From Planktothrix tepida (GTDB taxonomy: Bacteria; Cyanobacteriota; Cyanobacteriia; Cyanobacteriales; Microcoleaceae): a stretch of DNA of 64,000 nt. How positions within the stretch are numbered: position 1 is the first letter of the stretch; every line of letters starts with the position of its first letter. Location of the stretch: NCBI RefSeq assembly GCF_904830955.1, contig NZ_LR882970.1. One strand, given 5' to 3'. Below the pieces are notes generated by a model, which had not been told where the DNA came from, did not search any database, and was given only the letters and a program-made list of their open reading frames with translations. Position numbers and translations under genes: made by a program. This document shows, piece after piece, positions 59,500-64,000 of this stretch.

Positions 59500-60006
59500 T
59501 TAAACACCACTTCGTTGAACATTTGCCATCAGTTTAGGGGGAGTATCTAACACTTCTAAAACAATATCCATATAGGGTTTTAATAACTGGTTACAGACAC
59601 TAGGTAATTGTTCTTGTAGGCTTTCTTGAAGATAGGTATAAGCTTGAAGGCACTGGACATTTTTTTCGTGGGCGGCTAAAATATTTGCCAGCCACAGCAT
59701 TAAAGATTCCTTAAAAAAGTGAGGGTCATCGCGTAACAAGGCAACAGACATCAAACACATCGTCATCGACATATCATAAACACAGCGTTTGGAATGCTTT
59801 TGCATGATTTCTGGATGAGACAGCATGAATTTCTTCAGGGCTTGTTTAATTAAACCTGCTGATTTTACCCGCAACACTTCATAGGTTTTAGTTCGAGCAT
59901 TTAAGGTCTGAACATACTGATGCAGAGGTTTGAGTTCTGCATTGGTTAAATATCGTCCGTCGCATTGGGTGATTAAGTCATCCCACGTTGAATTAATCGT
60001 TGGCAT
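59500..60006 (-). CDS. Divergent phycobiliprotein-family (globin-like) protein with a conserved bilin-attachment Cys
   Basis: GRYLTNAELKPL...KRCVYDMSMTMCLMSVALL aligns with the allophycocyanin/phycocyanin aRYLSpgEL...aTCLRDMdYYLRLvtY pattern. The Cys equivalent to Cys-81/84 is retained, but the LRD Arg is replaced by Tyr. Confidence 0.6.
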   Translation of the reverse strand: MPTINSTWDDLITQCDGRYLTNAELKPLHQYVQTLNARTKTYEVLRVKSAGLIKQALKKFMLSHPEIMQKHSKRCVYDMSMTMCLMSVALLRDDPHFFKESLMLWLANILAAHEKNVQCLQAYTYLQESLQEQLPSVCNQLLKPYMDIVLEVLDTPPKLMANVQRSGV

Positions 60007-62330
60007 TTTAATCTCCTCTGTCTAGCCAGAATCCTATCTTCTAATTTGATACAAAATTAAATCTAAGTCAAGAAATTGATGTAATTTTTAATAAAAACCC
60101 AATAATTAGTTTATTTTTACAACAGTAATTGTACGGGCAATCATGCCCAATAGATGATCCTGTGTTCACTCTTGTCAAGTGTCAAAAAACGATCCTTTGA
60201 TGAGCCTGCCCTCACCCCACCGATTAGGGAAATCACGCTATGGTGAACATTATAGATCATTGGGGAGAGCCTTACAGGAACATAGAAACATGAGATTATG
60301 CCAATATGAAAGCAGACAGGAGGCAAAAGAGATTACTGTCAACCTTAAACCGAATCTCTACCCTGTCCCCTGGAAATTTATTTCTGAGGTTTATCCCAAA
60401 AGTCCATTAAAATCAACTAAATTATGAGCGTTCTCTGATTTGAAACTGTACGCCTTTAATGAGTCAACCTTTAATTAAATACCATGAGTGTAAAAGACAA
60501 ACCTAAATTTCCCCGAAATCTTCCCATCGGAAGTATTTTATTTTGGTTGGGTGTAATCTTCTTAATTGCTAACCTGACATTACCCGGATTATTCGGGCCA
60601 CAAATTCCTCGTGTTCCCTATAGTTTATTTATTGAACAAGTGGAAGATGGGCAAGTTTCCCAAGTTTATCTCAGTCAAGATCAAATTCGCTATTTAGTAA
60701 AAGGAGAACAGGAAAAACCGGGACAAATCCTATCAACAACTCCGATTTTTGATATGGATTTACCCAAACGTTTAGAAGCCAAAGGCGTTGAATTTGCGGC
60801 TGCCCCACCTCCTCAGAATACTTGGTTTTCGAGTTTAATTGGTTGGGTAGTTCCCCCCTTAATTTTTGTGGGAATTTGGGTGGCTGTCGGACAATTCTTA
60901 CAAAGCCGAGGGGGAGGAATTGGAGGGCCACAAGGGGCACTTTCCATTAGTAAGAGTAAAGCCAAAGTTTATGTGGAAAATGATGCCACAAAAGTCACGT
61001 TCAAAGATGTGGCAGGGGTTGAAGAAGCCAAAACCGAATTAGAAGAAGTGGTGGAATTTCTTAAGACTCCCCAACGATTTTTACAAATCGGAGCCAGAAT
61101 TCCTAAAGGCGTATTATTAGTCGGCCCTCCTGGAACCGGAAAAACCTTATTAGCTAAAGCCGTAGCCGGAGAAGCGGGTGTTCCATTCTTTAGCATTTCG
61201 GGTTCAGAATTCGTCGAATTGTTCGTTGGCGCAGGGGCAGCGCGGGTTCGAGATTTATTTGAACAAGCCAAAAAGAAAGCCCCTTGTATTATCTTTATTG
61301 ATGAATTAGATGCCATTGGAAAATCACGGTCGAGTGGCGGAATGTATGGGGGAAATGATGAACGAGAACAAACCCTAAACCAGTTATTAACCGAAATGGA
61401 TGGGTTTGCAGCCGGACAAGCAACGGTAATCGTTTTAGCGGCTACAAACCGCCCGGAAACGTTAGACCCCGCCTTACTGCGTCCCGGTCGATTTGATCGT
61501 CAAGTTTTAGTGGATCGTCCTGATTTATCCGGTCGGTTACTAATTTTAGAAATCTATGCTAAAAAAGTTAAAATTGGGACGGATGTTGACTTAAAAGCGA
61601 TCGCCACTCGTACCCCCGGTTTTGCAGGGGCAGATTTAGCCAATTTAGTTAATGAAGCTGCCTTATTAGCCGCTCGAAATAAACGGGAAACCGTCAGCCA
61701 AGCGGACTTTGCAGAAGCCATTGAACGGGTAGTTGCGGGGTTAGAAAAAAAATCCCGTGTTCTCAATGAAAAAGAGAAGAAAATTGTGGCTTATCATGAA
61801 GTCGGTCACGCGATTGTTGGCGCTGTTGTTTCTGGTCAAAATAAAGTGGCTAAAATCTCCATTGTGCCACGCGGAATGGCTGCATTAGGATATACCTTAC
61901 AACTGCCAACCGAAGACCGTTTCTTACTCAGTGAAGAAGAAATGAAAGCCGAAATTGCCACCTTATTAGGGGGGCGTTCAGCCGAAGAAGTTGTATTTGG
62001 AAGTATTACCACAGGGGCTACCAACGACTTACAACGGGCGACGGATTTAGCTGAACGAATGGTTACCAGTTATGGCATGAGTAAAGTATTAGGGCCGTTG
62101 GCTTATGAAAAGGGTCAACAAAACAATTTCCTCGGCGATAATATGATGATGAATCCTCGCCGTTATGTCAGTGATGAAACGGCAAAAGCCATTGATGATG
62201 AGGTGAAACAACTGGTTGAACAAGCCCATCAAACCGCTTTGGATATCCTGAATCAAAATAAAGATTTAATGGAGCAAATTGCCCAACAAATCTTACAAAC
62301 GGAAGTCATTGAAGGGGAAAATCTGCAACA

Positions 62331-64000
<1,670 letters not shown>

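Overview
This 64-kb window looks like chromosomal DNA from a filamentous cyanobacterium. The evidence is about 25 HIP1 octamers (GCGATCGC), STRR-like heptamer tandem repeats (CAGTTAT/CAGTTGT) at gene boundaries, and phycobilisome-related genes (a CpcT-type bilin lyase, a PBS-linker-domain protein, a phycobiliprotein-like protein). I could support about 48 CDS and found no rRNA, tRNA or CRISPR array. The recognisable housekeeping and accessory genes are: the 3' part of a luciferase-like monooxygenase/thioesterase gene, which suggests the edge of a natural-product cluster upstream; sqdB; cpcT; rtcB; a SAM hydroxide adenosyltransferase (DUF62); an EgtB-like sulfoxide synthase; a 1794-aa dual-core hybrid histidine kinase with an XRE regulator; pxcA (CemA family); two giant paralogous RTX/cadherin-like secreted proteins (1211 and 2250 aa) with PT-rich linkers and a near-perfect 4x285-bp tandem repeat; a c-di-GMP cluster (GGDEF, REC-GGDEF-EAL, REC-GGDEF); a catalytically degenerate serine-recombinase-like gene coupled to a VOC gene; and two tandem ftsH paralogs separated by five 195-bp direct repeats. 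The best candidate for an undescribed system is an AT-rich cluster at about 6.8-17.3 kb. It holds three STAND (NB-ARC) NTPase loci. Two of them are split into an NTPase gene followed by a separate TPR gene. One carries a downstream cytoplasmic DUF218 gene. One is fused to a Ser/Thr kinase. A CHAP-peptidase/RTX secreted protein sits between them. A second candidate is a 3.2-kb three-gene insert (a coiled-coil octapeptide-repeat protein plus two small unknown proteins) bracketed by degenerate ~110-bp direct repeats that copy the 3' end of sqdB. All calls rest on reading the translated ORFs and repeats by eye. No database search or computation was run.
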